A stretch of 64,000 bases of DNA from Octopus sinensis (GCF_006345805.1 NC_043002.1:17856001-17920000); one strand, 5' to 3'; positions 1 to 13,412 are shown, numbered from the stretch's first letter. Program-made: numbers and translations. Notes: a model not told the origin generated them from the sequence alone.

Positions 1-360
1 AACAACCCTTCTAAGTATCCTAACTGTTCTAATAACAATGTTTCCCGCAAGTGTACAAAACTGGGTTTTATGCCTGTTTCCTCTATCCATCTGTTCACAT
101 CATTATGGATAGTTCCCAATTCACCTATAACGACTCGCACTTTCCATAATCTATGTGATTCAATGGCTGGGTCCTGGCGGTTTGCTATTTTTTCTATATC
201 TCTCATATTGGTTTGTTCATCATTTGCGACTGTAAAGTCAATTATCTGGCACTTTCTATTCTCTTTATCTACTACTGCTAAATGAGGCTTTCTAGTTGCT
301 ATTACTCTGTCAGTCTGAATGTGAAAGTCCCACAACATCTTATATATCTTAATTTCTAGT
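1..360 (-). mobile_element. R4/Dong-type (restriction-like endonuclease) non-LTR retrotransposon, C-terminal fragment
   Basis: Minus strand reads MLWDFHIQTDRVIATRKPHLAVVDKENRKCQIIDFTV and later ETLLL(G)TVRILRRVV with frameshifts, matching the WDF-IQTD-RPD-IID and LLGTARILR motifs of the RLE domain. Confidence 0.8.
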
Positions 361-421
361 ACTTCACTATGTTCATGTTCATACGATTTATACCATTACC
401 TATCTTATTATTATCATTATT

Positions 422-545
422 GAGGACACATGGCCTAGTGGTTAGAGTGTTTCACTCGAGTGATCGTGATTTCAATTCCTAGACCGGCGGTGCTTTGTGT
501 TCTTGACCAAATCAGTTCATTTTCCCTTGCTCTACAACCACATCC
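422..545 (+). mobile_element. tRNA-derived SINE head fragment
   Basis: A-box-like TGGCCTAGTGG at 430-440, degenerate B box, followed by gtgttcttga SINE body; no tRNA cloverleaf. Confidence 0.6.
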
Positions 546-797
546 ATACCTGTCACGTTGTATACTGTGCAGCATTTCAGGCAACGTCGCTTAGACGCTT
601 CTGTCTTAAATATAAAGATCTCGCCATTGATTGTTCTAAGCATTTTTTCTTCTTTTTAAAACTTGTTAATTTATTCAAGCTATCACCTCGCATATAATGA
701 AATTTTCTCTCCTCTTCACTTCTTCAAACTATACTTTCAAGCGTCATGACAATCAGGTGGAATAGTTGGAATCTGAATACAAACACCATTATTATCA

Positions 798-837
<40 letters not shown>

Positions 838-841
<4 letters not shown>

Positions 842-1156
842 TAGTTTTATTTTTATAACGTGCTTTCACTTCACTACCGAGCGCAGCTCTGTGTGCCTTG
901 GGTATGTGCTGTGATTTGTTGTGATGCTCTGATGGTTACTGTATTGAAAGTGTTTTGCGTAGGATGTGTGCAGTGCCTAGTAGTGCAATTTTCTGTATGT
1001 TATATGTGTTTGTAAGTCCTGGAGTTTTTGTTATGTATTTGTCTGAATATTTTTTATCATGCCTAATGATATGAATTGTTTCTGTTTTTAGATTCCACAT
1101 TCTAGTTACCTCTATTTCCAGGTCTTTGTATTTTGAAAGTTTTATAGTTACCTCTA

Positions 1157-1158
<2 letters not shown>
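838..1158 (-). mobile_element. R4/Dong-type LINE 3' end flanked by (TTA)n on both sides
   Basis: Minus strand reads KLSKYKDLEIEVTRMWNLKTETI and IQKIALLGTAHILRKTLSIQ*; (TTA)n at about 789-836 and 1159-1208. Confidence 0.85.
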
Positions 1159-1208
<50 letters not shown>

Positions 1209-3029
1209 GCCAGCAGCAGCAGCTGTCTGATTCTCTGGAAGGTTCTTTTATATGACCCTGTAAACGTATAAACTTTCAGTGCTATAAACTCTGATATTGC
1301 ACTGATTATTTCCCGGTTAGAATGCAAAGTACTTTAAATGTCATGATTCAATGCCGAGGAAAGATTAAGGCCAAAATATGTATGAGTTTGTATAACTTCC
1401 TGGCCAGATAAAATTTTCTTTTTTTGTTTTTATTCTATTTACTTTTTGTCCAACATAATTATCTTTAACTTTTTTACTGATTGACTCTTTGGGTACATTT
1501 TATCTGCAAGTAATATAACAGAACCGAATCCAAATGCACAGCTCTCATGACATGTCAATGCTACTTGTATAATAATAACAGAAGAAAATACTTAGCTTAC
1601 ACCAAACGTTCGGCCATCTTAATATTCTGTGAATATGATGTTTATTAAGAACGGCGATATATAGAGAACTGATGTTTTCAACGTATGCATTATTATATTT
1701 CTTGCACGAAAATATTGTTTCAAACATATAATACAGCAGTAACTGTTTATAGTGTTGATGATGATGTTGCGAAATTGTGATTTACAGATTACGAAGGGAA
1801 AGTTAATGTAAGTTTCGATTCCAGTGGTAGAGTAGTATTAAGGGTATTGCTTCAGAACATTGATATAAAACATGTAAAACGTTCAGCACTTTCAGTCAAT
1901 CACCTTAAAAACAACGCCTCTATACATATTATTTGCAACAATGCATTACATTATATACTATTTCGACAGATCCTATTTCTCTTGTCACATTCATTTAAAT
2001 CTTTAAGTATGCCTTTATCAAACCTAAAAGACAGCTCATGTTTCAATTCCAAGTGCAGACGTTTTGCTTCCTATCAATATAAAATTCGAGGAGGGAAAAA
2101 AAATCGATTAAGTCAAGCGAATTGATTTCTATCAGCAAGATATTTTCAACTAACCTCTACCTACTGTTAATTCTTACTTAGCTATTTACATTATGACCCA
2201 AGCTAGACGTGATAATATGCTGTTATTGTAGTAAAATTCACTTAAGTGGTTGTCTTCATTGATTATGTGTTCTGACCACTATATTCGCATTACTTAAGCT
2301 ACAGCTGTTTGAGTGTTATTGATTCTCTCAAATAAAACTTTCTCAAAGTCATTTTCTTCCTTTCATATGTATTATCCACAAAAAGACAGAAAATTATAGA
2401 GGTGAATATATGTATGGATATAGACGGAGAGATATACACGTATTGTAATTAATAATTATTCATCGGTAATAATATATTTTTTTTAATATTTTCTCCATCT
2501 TTCATATGTTCTAATTCAAAACTAGCTGATAAAAATGTTTATTGCCATTTATTATTTTCAGAAAAATAGGTGAGTATTGGATATCAAACTACTTATGTTG
2601 TTTCACATTGATTCTGTTTGGCTAGTCATGGGAATTTTTTAGAGAGTGAGTGTGGACTGTTACTTATCAAATATATTGACGTCTGTGTAGTTTCGATATT
2701 CATTTAATTGAACCTATAAATATTCAGTTATCTCGATTTTATAGTTTCTAGTGAATCAAACATGTACCTTAGTAGCAATATCCTAATCCAATCGCGAATA
2801 TTAATGGGGAGCCTTTAGACGTTCATTCAGCGTGCTAGATATAGCAACCAAATGTTCCTAAATCGTTCAATAAGAAACAAAGAAGCAAAATGACTTGTTG
2901 TATCATGTTTATATAGATAAACTAGGTCTGGAAAATATAATTTTGAGAATGGCCCTGTTAAATCAAGGTTGATCGGGAGTTAAACGGCGTCAGAAACAAT
3001 AACAATATATCTGAATAATCCGGATTATA

Positions 3030-3180
3030 GATGGTGCAGTATGGGGGATTGGCAGAATCGTTAACTTGCTTTATTTGTTCCGTTCTGAGTTCAAATCCCG
3101 CCAAAGTCATATTTGTCGTTCTTTCTTTTCGAGTTAAATAAAGCAAAGTCCAGTGTAGTATTTGACCAATGATATTGACA
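3030..3180 (+). mobile_element. SINE family 1 (gttctgagttcaaat core), diverged copy
   Basis: tggcagaatcgtta and gttctgagttcaaatcccgcc match the young copy at 24612-24838. Confidence 0.7.
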
Positions 3181-3493
3181 AACCGACTCTTCACAAAATT
3201 TCCTTGTACTTTAATTAGAAATTACTAATGCACATAATAAGTTATATAACTGATAAATCATTGCCTGTTTTTTTTAAACGATAAAACTTCATAAGACTCA
3301 TATTGTCATTCAATACTCGAAATGAGGAGTCGATAGACAGCCGACAACTGAAGAGTTGTTCTTTGCGTTACTTATCCTGTTTCCCATTTGTTTCTCTCGT
3401 TGTTTACGTATTGAACTCATTTGTTTTCGTATTTCATGTTGTTTAATGTTGGTGACGTCCTCTGCCCATATATGCATGTATACACACACACAC

Positions 3494-3528
<35 letters not shown>

Positions 3529-3536
3529 TATATATA

Positions 3537-3768
3537 CAGGGTGGCCAAGATGGGTTTACAGTTATTCAACTATTTCTTTCACATTAATATATTAACAGTT
3601 TAGATCTTGATTATGAAAAAAATATGAAACTGTTATTCTATGCTAATTTAGTTAATTTTGTCAAGCTCCCTCTTCAGTTGGTAAGATAGAAATTTAAATG
3701 TAATAAAATGTTTTCAAAGAAATTTAAAGTTCCTATGTGATAACTGCAAATCTACTTTTGGGCCACCC
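3537..3768. mobile_element. MITE with Tc1/mariner-like TIRs
   Basis: Left TA|CAGGGTGGCCAAGATGGGTTTACAGTTAT; right end reverse complement GGGTGGCCCAAAAGTAGATTTGCAGTTAT; no coding capacity. Confidence 0.6.
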
Positions 3769-3773
3769 AAATA

Positions 3774-3804
<31 letters not shown>

Positions 3805-4297
3805 GTGTGTGTGTGTGTGTGTGTGTATTAATCGTAGATCGTTAAAACTCAAATTAGAAAAAAAACACTGTAACGCGTTTGCATTTTATATACTTTAAGT
3901 GTGTATCAGGAATGCGGTGTTATCTGATAGACAAAACTGCGACCCAAATTAATTATTAATGCCATCGTTAATTAATTTTCCAGAGACAAAGATATTTTGT
4001 CTTGGTAATGATGTGATGTACGATTATATTCTGTTTACACAATTTCAATTGCTTTAATAACACATCATGTGAAGCCATTCATATATTAATTGCATTGCCG
4101 CAGGTATAACGCATCGGCCGCAGATACAAACAAGTGTTGCACCAGGGGTCAACACTGCAGATATACAATTAAAATCTGATATGAGTCGAATAAAATTCAC
4201 TGTATTAGTATTCGAATAACGTTGACTTGAAGTATTTAATGTTTGCATGTTCAAAACTTTTAGGCACTGTTTAACACTTTTGGTACAATAATTAATA

Positions 4298-4488
4298 TTG
4301 GTTACAAATTTTGGCGCAAGGCCAGCAAATTACATCAACCCCAGTACTTAACTGATACTTATTTTGTCGACACCGAAAAGATAAAAGGCAAAGTAGACCG
4401 CGGCGCTATTTCAATTCAGAACGTGAGAATTGACTAAATGCTGCTAAGCAGTTTGCCGGGCGTACTAGCGATTCTGCCAGCTCACGGC
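4298..4488 (-). mobile_element. SINE family 1, diverged copy
   Basis: aaaggcaaagtagacc, cagaacgt and gattctgccagctcac align with other family 1 copies. Confidence 0.75.
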
Positions 4489-6841
4489 ATTGGTACATTA
4501 AATAATATTGGCATTTGTATAGTATTATTAGTGAAGAGTTATGTAGCCTTAAAGCTGTGTTGTGTAGATCAGAGATCTGCTTCAAACAATTGTTAGATTT
4601 TCCTGTGATATGGTAAGTCTGGTATACTTTTAATCAGGTATCATAAGACGCACCCACCAAACAGAAACTTTCTTATTTTTACGTTGAGGTATAGATATAT
4701 AGATCAAAGTACATTACTTCATTAAGTTGAATATTATTATGATACTGACTGAGACAACAGATTGAGTTTATTTCAAAATAAAGGTTTTGATAATTGAGAT
4801 CTTGATAATGTAATAAATTCAGTACAAACTGGGAGAAGAGATTAGGGATTTCTGCCTAAGAAGTAGTGATTGAGTATACAGGTTTAGAAGTGCTGATAAG
4901 ACTTTGTTGTGCAAGCTGACAGAGAAAAAGAAGATGGAATGGTCAGGGGCACAAAGGCAGTAAAGCAAGGATTTGAGTGTGCATAGAATGTAGTGAGTCC
5001 CCTGCAATGCATCCTTCTAATTTTTGCAGAATCCACCCATTTTGCGATTCGTTTCACGTTTCATATGCTGCCATAACCAGTAAGTGTTTAAAGATATGAA
5101 ACTGAAAGAGTGAATTATGCAGCTACTTCTGCATGTGAAGGGAGAACAGCAACGAGACCTGTCTTCAGTGGAAGTCATTTGCCTATAATAGAAGACAGGC
5201 GTTACCACTCGTAAGCCAATACAATCAAGAAAGAAGGGAGCGCAACATGTTAAAGCCATTAAATTTGGGATGGAGTAGCAAGAGAAAACTAACAGGAAAT
5301 GTGTGCCCTTTCTTGTAACTCGTTGGACGTTAGCAATGCGAGATGACTGAGAATGAATACGAAAGGAAATCAGAAGGTGACAACATAAATGAGGAATACT
5401 ATTTTCCGTGGGCTAATCTTAATATTAATCTTCAGTTAGCATTAAGGCAGACGGTGGAGGAAGCGGGGGACAAGGAGACGGGAAATGTGCACAACTGATG
5501 GAAAAGTGAAAGAAAAATTTATGGTAGACAGAGCTAAGTTCGGTGAGATTCATTTGAATAGCATTTACAGAGCTCACTGTAGATATATGGACGTGATTGA
5601 ACACAAGGGGTGCATGATCCAAATTTGTAGATAGATAGCACAGAAACTGGAGACGTTATTAAGTAAGGTATTTCAATATAAGTAGGGTATACTTGTACGT
5701 CTGATATTAATCAAATGTTATTTCTTCATGTTGTCTTAGAATACATGATACTGTTTTCCATGTGCATAATATTCTTCCCAGTGTTGTTTCTTCATACTAT
5801 TTCGACACTATCTCTCTCTCTTCATCTCTCCCCGTATCTCTCTCTATTTCTATCTCCCTCACACTTTCCCCTCTCTCTCTCAATGTTTTCGCATATAATC
5901 AACTCATTGCTCGCATGCTATCTGCTCACCTCCTATTTGTAAATTTTCTCTTCAACACTGTAGGTACCTTACATGTTTGTCCTCAGTGACACTGTTTTTT
6001 TATTATCCACTACTTTTGTCTCTCACTCATTCCCTGTCATTTTCTTCTCTTATCCTTTGCTTGCATTATCTCAATCTTTCAATAATCTGTTCCTTTCTCA
6101 GAATTCGTTTAGTTGCAATAGTTGTTTAAATATAAATTGAACGTTCTCTTTTCCTCTTCATTACTAAACTACCAACAATCTACAGAAGAAAAAACATCAT
6201 CGTATGAGTTTCCGCCAGTCTGTGATTTAGTTCGTCTTTAATTGTAAGAAATATTTCACTTCGTAAATGTTTTACTTAACAATATAAATCTTACATCTTG
6301 CATGAGCTTTCTAAAATGAATGTCCTACTCATGATTACTACCAACTAGAAATTGTAAGAACATGGTAATAGATAAAAAGAATAAGCATCTGAAATATATG
6401 ACTCTTCTTTTTCGTATTTCTTTACTTTAAATCTAGCTTTTAATTCCACTTCATGTTGTGAAACTTCTCCTGTATTAAGGTCCACTGCCAGACGGCCGCA
6501 TATATTTAGATAATACAGAATTTATACAAATATTTTCAAGAAGGTAAGGGTGTAGATAATGTTAAAATTTGCCGGTCCTAATGGTAATCTTTTTATTGTG
6601 TAATAATTTTTGATAAAGTATATATTAAATGACAGATTGCAATGTAAGTGATATAAAGCATACATTTTGTGGAAAGATTGTTGGAGTGGATGTTATTCGG
6701 CAAACTGAAGAAATGAACGTGATAATAATGTTCGTTGCTCTAAAAATTCTCTCTTTATTTAATTGAGTATATGCGGCATTCAGTCTTTCTCGAATATTGA
6801 TGTGAACACTTTTACATTTTACCCTCATTTATATTTCATAT

Positions 6842-6871
<30 letters not shown>

Positions 6872-6875
<4 letters not shown>

Positions 6876-7031
6876 AGAGGAAAAATTATAAAAAGGTAAA
6901 TTTTAATAAAAATGGGTGTATGGAAAATTTAAAAAATAATAACTCGTTCTTACCTTCAATTTAGCATTCTGCCTTTTTATAATTTTTCGTCTCCTATCAT
7001 TTCTCCACGTGCGGTCAACACAACCTCACCA
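6872..7031. repeat. Short foldback element with 25-bp inverted arms
   Basis: TAGGAGAGGAAAAATTATAAAAAGG (6872-6896) versus CCTTTTTATAATTTTTCGTCTCCTA (6972-6996), 1 mismatch; bounded by (TA)n. Confidence 0.75.
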
Positions 7032-8149
7032 TATATATATATAGTTTTACAATTTTTCCCAGGGAAACTAATTTTTTGCAAAGGAAACAGTTTTCACAAT
7101 TTAAATCATGTTCAAATATAAAATACGAAAACACCGTGCAATCAGAATGACATTATATACGTGGTCATGTGTGAGTACCTGTGTATAAGTGTGTGTGTGC
7201 GCGCGGGTAGCGTGTGTTGCTTCGACAAAGGTGGCTGATCGTTCTTATTGTCTTATTGACGCATTGATTGGTAGGGCTAATGACAGAGTCGTATTGCTGG
7301 TATTTTCAAAGAGGTTTCGAAGTGGCAAAACTAGATTGTACTTATTGATTTACTATCTCCAATAGAACATCAATGCAAGACCACACGCATTACAAAGCTG
7401 GGTACAGTCGATTAATTCTATTTCAAGATTTAAGTGAAATATAAGCATTACAATTTGACTAAAGACTGTGTACAAACAGACGGAACGAAAGTAACAAATA
7501 TTGCAGCTACTCAGCAAACACTGGTATGATTTGCTTTGTTCAAAAGGGTGTGAGTCCTTGGAAGTAAAATACAAGAATAAAACATCGAGTTAACGAAGAA
7601 GAAAATTAATGGACGCCTTCATATAGACAGTAAGAGAGATTAAACAGAGAAGTCATTAGTTATATAGAAATGACAAACAATGTGTGGATTCTGGGAAATT
7701 CCTTCAGAAGAAATCCTAATCTTTTCTTCCATAATATTTCAAAATCTGTAAGAATCAAGCTTCCGGATAAATATTTATTGTCATTTAACTGAGTGATTAA
7801 GATCTGTTAAAGTGTACGGCATACATTGTTAATAATCATATGCCCACGTCGTCAATAACGCAGTGATACTTTTGCCAGATGTTACAGACGTCAACTACAC
7901 TAATGGTTCTAACATAAATATATACATAATTTTTTTCTCGCATAACTCTTTCTATTATGACTTTGTTTTACATAAGTCCATATGGAGATCTCTGGAACGA
8001 GTTTTGAGAAATACTTCGATCTTTGGGATGTGGATGCCAGGTCAGAATAAATGACCTCGAACTTTTACACATAAAACGGATTAAACTGTGAAATTTCATG
8101 CATGAATCCTCGACCATTTCACACCGTCTTCATCCAGGATAAAGTTAAG

Positions 8150-8217
<68 letters not shown>

Positions 8218-9077
8218 TATGTATATAACGAAGATATTTGAAAGTTAACCTGCAATGTAAACGGTAGAACTGTATACATGTTAAATCTCAGACGGAGGTC
8301 TCGTGTATAGTTCTGCATATTATATTTTGCTATGACGATCAAACTGATGAGTTGCGGACAATTACGTAAGTGGTAAACCGAGTTTGTGATTAATCTTTAT
8401 ATTTTGTATCTTTCCATTTGTCTTTCCATACGTTCTGCGTATGCTAATTTTTCTTGAGAACAATCGTTTCTTAGTGATAAGACCATAGGGGTCTACTTCT
8501 AGCATAATGGATGTCCACTTAGTGGTCATCCCCTTTATATGTATATATATATATATGTATGTATGTATATGTGTGTGTGTGTATGTGTATATATGTATAT
8601 AACAATAATATACATTCTTTATTAGATTTCATGATTTCATGCTTCACTACAGAGTTTTGCAGATACATTTATATATGTAACACATATAAATCATACGGTG
8701 TGTAAATTATATTTACAGTTTCATTAATCTCTAAACATTTGAATACGTTTACACTCCTATAAAATAATTATTGTACATTTGTATATACATCCCTAAAAGT
8801 TCAAGAGGTGTGGCGTATGTTGTGTACATTTAGAGAAAGGACGGTATGAATGAGTGTGAATAGTACAATTAAACTTTAGCGGATGCAAAACCTACGGATA
8901 TATCTTTTACTTTTTTTTACTTTTTTTTTACTCTTTACTTTTTTCATCAAAAATTTTTATCAAAAATTTAATCAAAAATTATATATAGAAAACTTACAAA
9001 AATTTATACAAGAGCAAAACAAAAGACGTAATCACGTGTATGCTGTACGAGCAAACAACGCTATAGCTACACAGGTG

Positions 9078-9156
<79 letters not shown>
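9078..9156. repeat. (GATA)n microsatellite
   Basis: About 19-20 perfect GATA units. Confidence 0.95.
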
Positions 9157-9350
9157 CACTTTGTATGTGCCTGTGTGTGTGTGTTTGTAAATAAACGTTC
9201 TGCACGAGGAAATCGAAGCAATATCTGAATAATGGAAAATATATATTTCAAATTTATTTATTCGCTCTACTTTCAGTATCTTGACACACACTTCCTTCAT
9301 TCTTCCCATATCTGAATGATTAGAATAAGAAATAAATATATGTGAGGGTG

Positions 9351-9401
<51 letters not shown>

Positions 9402-10456
9402 ATGTGTATGCATATATATATATATATATATACATTTATATACTCGTATATTCATGTGTGCATTACATTGTTGGTATTAATATATGCATAAATGTATTTG
9501 TATATATATATATATATGTGTGTGTGTCTGTGTGCGCGTGTGTATATATATATATATTATATATATATATATATGTATATATAAATATACATACATACAT
9601 ACATATATATATATGTACTCACATACGCGTTATATATACGTGGGAATATCAAATAAGTTATATACACATGTGTGCGTGTGTGTGTGCGCGCGCTTATGGA
9701 CATGTATGTATTTGTTTGTTGCAAAATTAAGTGTCTCCTTGCCTGTAATTCGACAAGGAATAGAATTGAATTTACAAGACTAAACAAATAATAATAATAA
9801 TATAATAATAATAATAACAATAACAACCACAATAACAATAATAATAATAATAATGAGGGCGTTGTTTATGATGTGTAACAGCGAAACAAATCAGGCAAGA
9901 CAAAATATATTTTTTGTCCTATTTGAAAAAAAAAATTACCGTACAATGATAGCATGAATCAATTTCTAAATAAATGATCAGAGGAGACAACAAAAGCCAC
10001 CCAACATATTATTATTACAATGTACGAAAGGAAGGCTTTCTCTTTGTATAGAATTGTTTTGTGATGTGATAGAAATAATACACCTATAATTAGACGAGAA
10101 ACTGGTTCGAAAGAAAAATTACAAAAATGTCGATTGCAGCCAAATAAATTTATAGGCGGTCACAAAGAAATTTATATTTTATATACATGTGTTTGTATAT
10201 GTGCCTATATGTGTATGCGCCTGCGTAGATGTTTGTCATTCACTATGTTTTTACGTTAGCACGCACAAACACACATGTATATATATATATTTGTGTGTAT
10301 ATATATGTATATGTATATCTATCTATCTCTCTCTCTATATATATATATATATATGTAGGTCATATATTACGAATATAGAAAAAGTGATTTGGATTCTTAG
10401 CCACTTTACGTTGTTTTTGTAATGCCGAAATATATATGTGTGTGTGTGTGTGTGTT

Positions 10457-10501
<45 letters not shown>

Positions 10502-10545
10502 ACACACGCATAACCACACAGACACACAGATACGCACACACACAA

Positions 10546-10577
<32 letters not shown>

Positions 10578-10604
10578 GTTTGTGTGTTTGTGTGTGTACA
10601 CACA

Positions 10605-10735
10605 CAAGGGTGGCTGTTTTGTAAAAATCTGGCTTCCCAACCACATGGACCAGGTTCATGACAACTTGTGTAAGCAGCTTCTTTTAGAGCCTCCGGCTGA
10701 ACAAAGATTTGTGAGTGGATTTGTTAGACGAAAAC
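10605..10735 (+). mobile_element. SINE family 2 head fragment
   Basis: gcttcccaaccacatgg and tgtgagtggatttgttagacg match 24469-24600 and the reverse strand of 32360-32533. Confidence 0.7.
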
Positions 10736-10929
10736 CACACACACACACATACACAGAAACACACATAATATTGTTAAATAAAATTCTGGTAGAAACCTTG
10801 AAGAATTGTATACGAAGCTCGTTCACATTTCTGGGTATCTGAGTTTAACCTACAGTGGAAATGCTCTTACTAATGGATACACATCAGTAAGTTGATAGAT
10901 TCGTTTGAACTAATATAGACACGGTGTGT

Positions 10930-11545
10930 GAAATGTTCGGGGACGAAGCTAGTCGATTACATAGAACCCAGTGCTCACCTGGTACTCACTTTATCTACGC
11001 CGCAAGGCTGAAATACAAAGTCAACTTCGGCGACATTTGAACTCGAAACTTTCGGAAGAAATACACATGAAATAATTTTGTCTTACGCGCTAATGTTTCT
11101 ATGAAATAATGGCTTCGTATTTTGCCACATGGACAGGAATTTGGGAACAGGGAATAAGTTGATTACATCAACTGCTATCTAGTTTATCGACAGCGAAAGA
11201 ATGAAAGGCAAAGTCAACTTCGGCTGAATTTGAACTCAGAACGAAGCAACGTGCGAAAAGTTGTTATGCATTTTGCTCGGCGGGCTAAAGATTCTGCTAG
11301 CTCACCGCCTCGTTTCTGCTAAATAATCTTTTCTACTCTAGGTACAAGCCCCGAAATTTTGAGAAAGGGGGCATCCAGTCGATTGGATTGACCTCATTAC
11401 ACAATTGGTACTTAATTTATCGACCCCGAAAGGATGAAAGGCAAAGTCGACCTCGGCGGAATTTGATCTCAGAACGTAAAGACAGACAAAATGCTGCTAA
11501 GCCTTCCGTCCGGCGTGCTAACGTTTTTGCCATCCCACTGCCTTG
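10930..11545 (-). mobile_element. Three tandem co-oriented SINE family 1 copies
   Basis: Copies at about 10930-11097, 11110-11310 and 11325-11545 each carry caaagtc(a/g)ac(t/c)tcggc and atttga(a/t)ctc. Confidence 0.85.
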
Positions 11546-11745
11546 TTTCTGCTATTAACGATAATGAATCACTTAAGTTTGGCACAAAGCCATCAGTTTT
11601 GAGTGTGCATATGTATTCCAGTAACTATGCTCCTGTATGCATTAAAGTCTTTTGTTGTATTTTGGGAGGGTCATGATATCAATAATACTCACGAACGCTG
11701 CTTTTTTAAATTTTAACATTACTTCTCAACGAATGAACCAATTTT

Positions 11746-12024
11746 CTAATCGATTGTTTCATTATTCGTCATTGATTGATTAGTCTTCAATCAGACACCT
11801 AGATTCATCGAAGTATTTCATCACCTTTCACGACCTCATCAATTACATACCCTCTCTACACCAGGCGTCTTGTAAATAGAACTCTGCTATTTAAATTCTA
11901 AGTTGAACATCATTCAGATCGTTCCCAAACGCATGGTCTAATTCTCTTTCAGATGTAGTTCCAATAAACATGACCATGTCGCAGCCGATTGATTCACCGA
12001 TCGATCAATCAAACAATCGATTAG
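11746..12024. repeat. Candidate MITE bounded by a 14-bp perfect inverted repeat
   Basis: CTAATCGATTGTTT (11746-11759) and AAACAATCGATTAG (12011-12024), with weaker similarity extending inward. Confidence 0.45.
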
Positions 12025-12432
12025 TAACTGAAATGGTTAATCATTTCACTAAAAGAAGTGAAATCGAAATAATGCTTGTTTTTCCTCGTTGCAATATTTA
12101 TCCGCCCACGACAGTTTTGATACACGATTTCACATCAAAATATTGAAAAGCAAATAAAATATTCAAAACCCACAAATGCATTTGTTTAGAGGATAATTAT
12201 AGGTGTATGTTTTATGTATGTATGTATGTATGTATGTATTTTTGTATGTATGTGTGTATGTATGTATGTTTGTATGCAGGTAGGTAGGTAGGTAGGTAGG
12301 TAGGTAGGTAGGTTAGTATCTACGTATATATGCATGTATGTATATATCATGTATGCATATGTATATATATATATATCTATATATATATACAATTTACACA
12401 TTGCACACTGTGTATGTCTATATATATATATA

Positions 12433-12478
<46 letters not shown>

Positions 12479-13023
12479 ATATATATAATTAATCAATATA
12501 GGGTGGCAAAAAAAAATTTTGTAGAATTCTTTTTGCCACCAGCGGCCTAGTGGGAAAAAAATTAAATAGTCATAGACCATTTTTAAGTTCAACATCAACA
12601 ATCAAGGAACGGCCATAATAGGCCATTCACCCACTAGAAATAACAGCCAAAGCTTCAACCGCAAGTAAAGATTAATTCCGTAAACAGGAGAAAATTTAAA
12701 AAACATTTACCCTGTAATTTCTTGTACGATGCACCGTTTCATCTGCTGTTTAATGGTAAACTAACCTGATTAAATTAAATCAAGCCAATCTTCCATAGGC
12801 CCTCAGATTCTTCAGCAAGAAATAGCCAAGTCGGAACAGATATTTTCACGAGGCATTTCCGACCCTGCCAAGGTAATATCTGACCTAAAATTTTCAAATC
12901 GTCGCACTCGTATATAAGGATACGATCGTTAATTTAAATATCGATCTTATCAAGTGGCCAACATGAGAATAAAAACCTTCAAAGGTAATAATTATTATCA
13001 AAATTAGAATTTAGGGTATCTAA

Positions 13024-13180
13024 GAGATACTACAACGCTGAAAATAGCAGTCAAAATCTGACTCCAAAACCACATTAAATGTTCATACAGGTAATTAAAT
13101 TTCTCTCCTGGTGCTGTATGAACATTTAGTGTGATTTTAGAGTCAGGTTTTGGCTGCTATTTTCATCGTGGTGGTACCCC
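13024..13180. mobile_element. Almost fully palindromic MITE with TTAA-like target site (Kolobok-like termini)
   Basis: Arms of about 65 bp (13026-13090 and 13114-13178), about 85% complementary, 23-nt loop; right flank TTAA, left flank CTAA. Confidence 0.75.
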
Positions 13181-13343
13181 TTAATACCATATATTTATTT
13201 AAAGCAGCAGAAAATTCAACAAAACCTGTTACTCTGAGTTTCACGTTCCCGTTCGTCGGACAGTTTTTGCTATATATGTATATATCTATGTATATATTTA
13301 TATATATATGTATGTATATATATATATATAGTATATATATATA

Positions 13344-13395
<52 letters not shown>

Positions 13396-13412
13396 TATAA
13401 ATATATATATAT

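Noticed and set aside
422-545. tRNA genes at A/B-box sites (also 21506, 26838, 49545)
   Set aside because: No complete cloverleaf, and each continues into repeat body sequence, so they are SINE heads.
4800-5700. Purine-rich stretch as a LINE RT fragment
   Set aside because: Only a weak VKQG-like word; no ordered motifs.
6700-6750. CTGAAGA followed by a 7-bp hairpin as a hammerhead
   Set aside because: No GAAA after the stem and no stem I or NUH.
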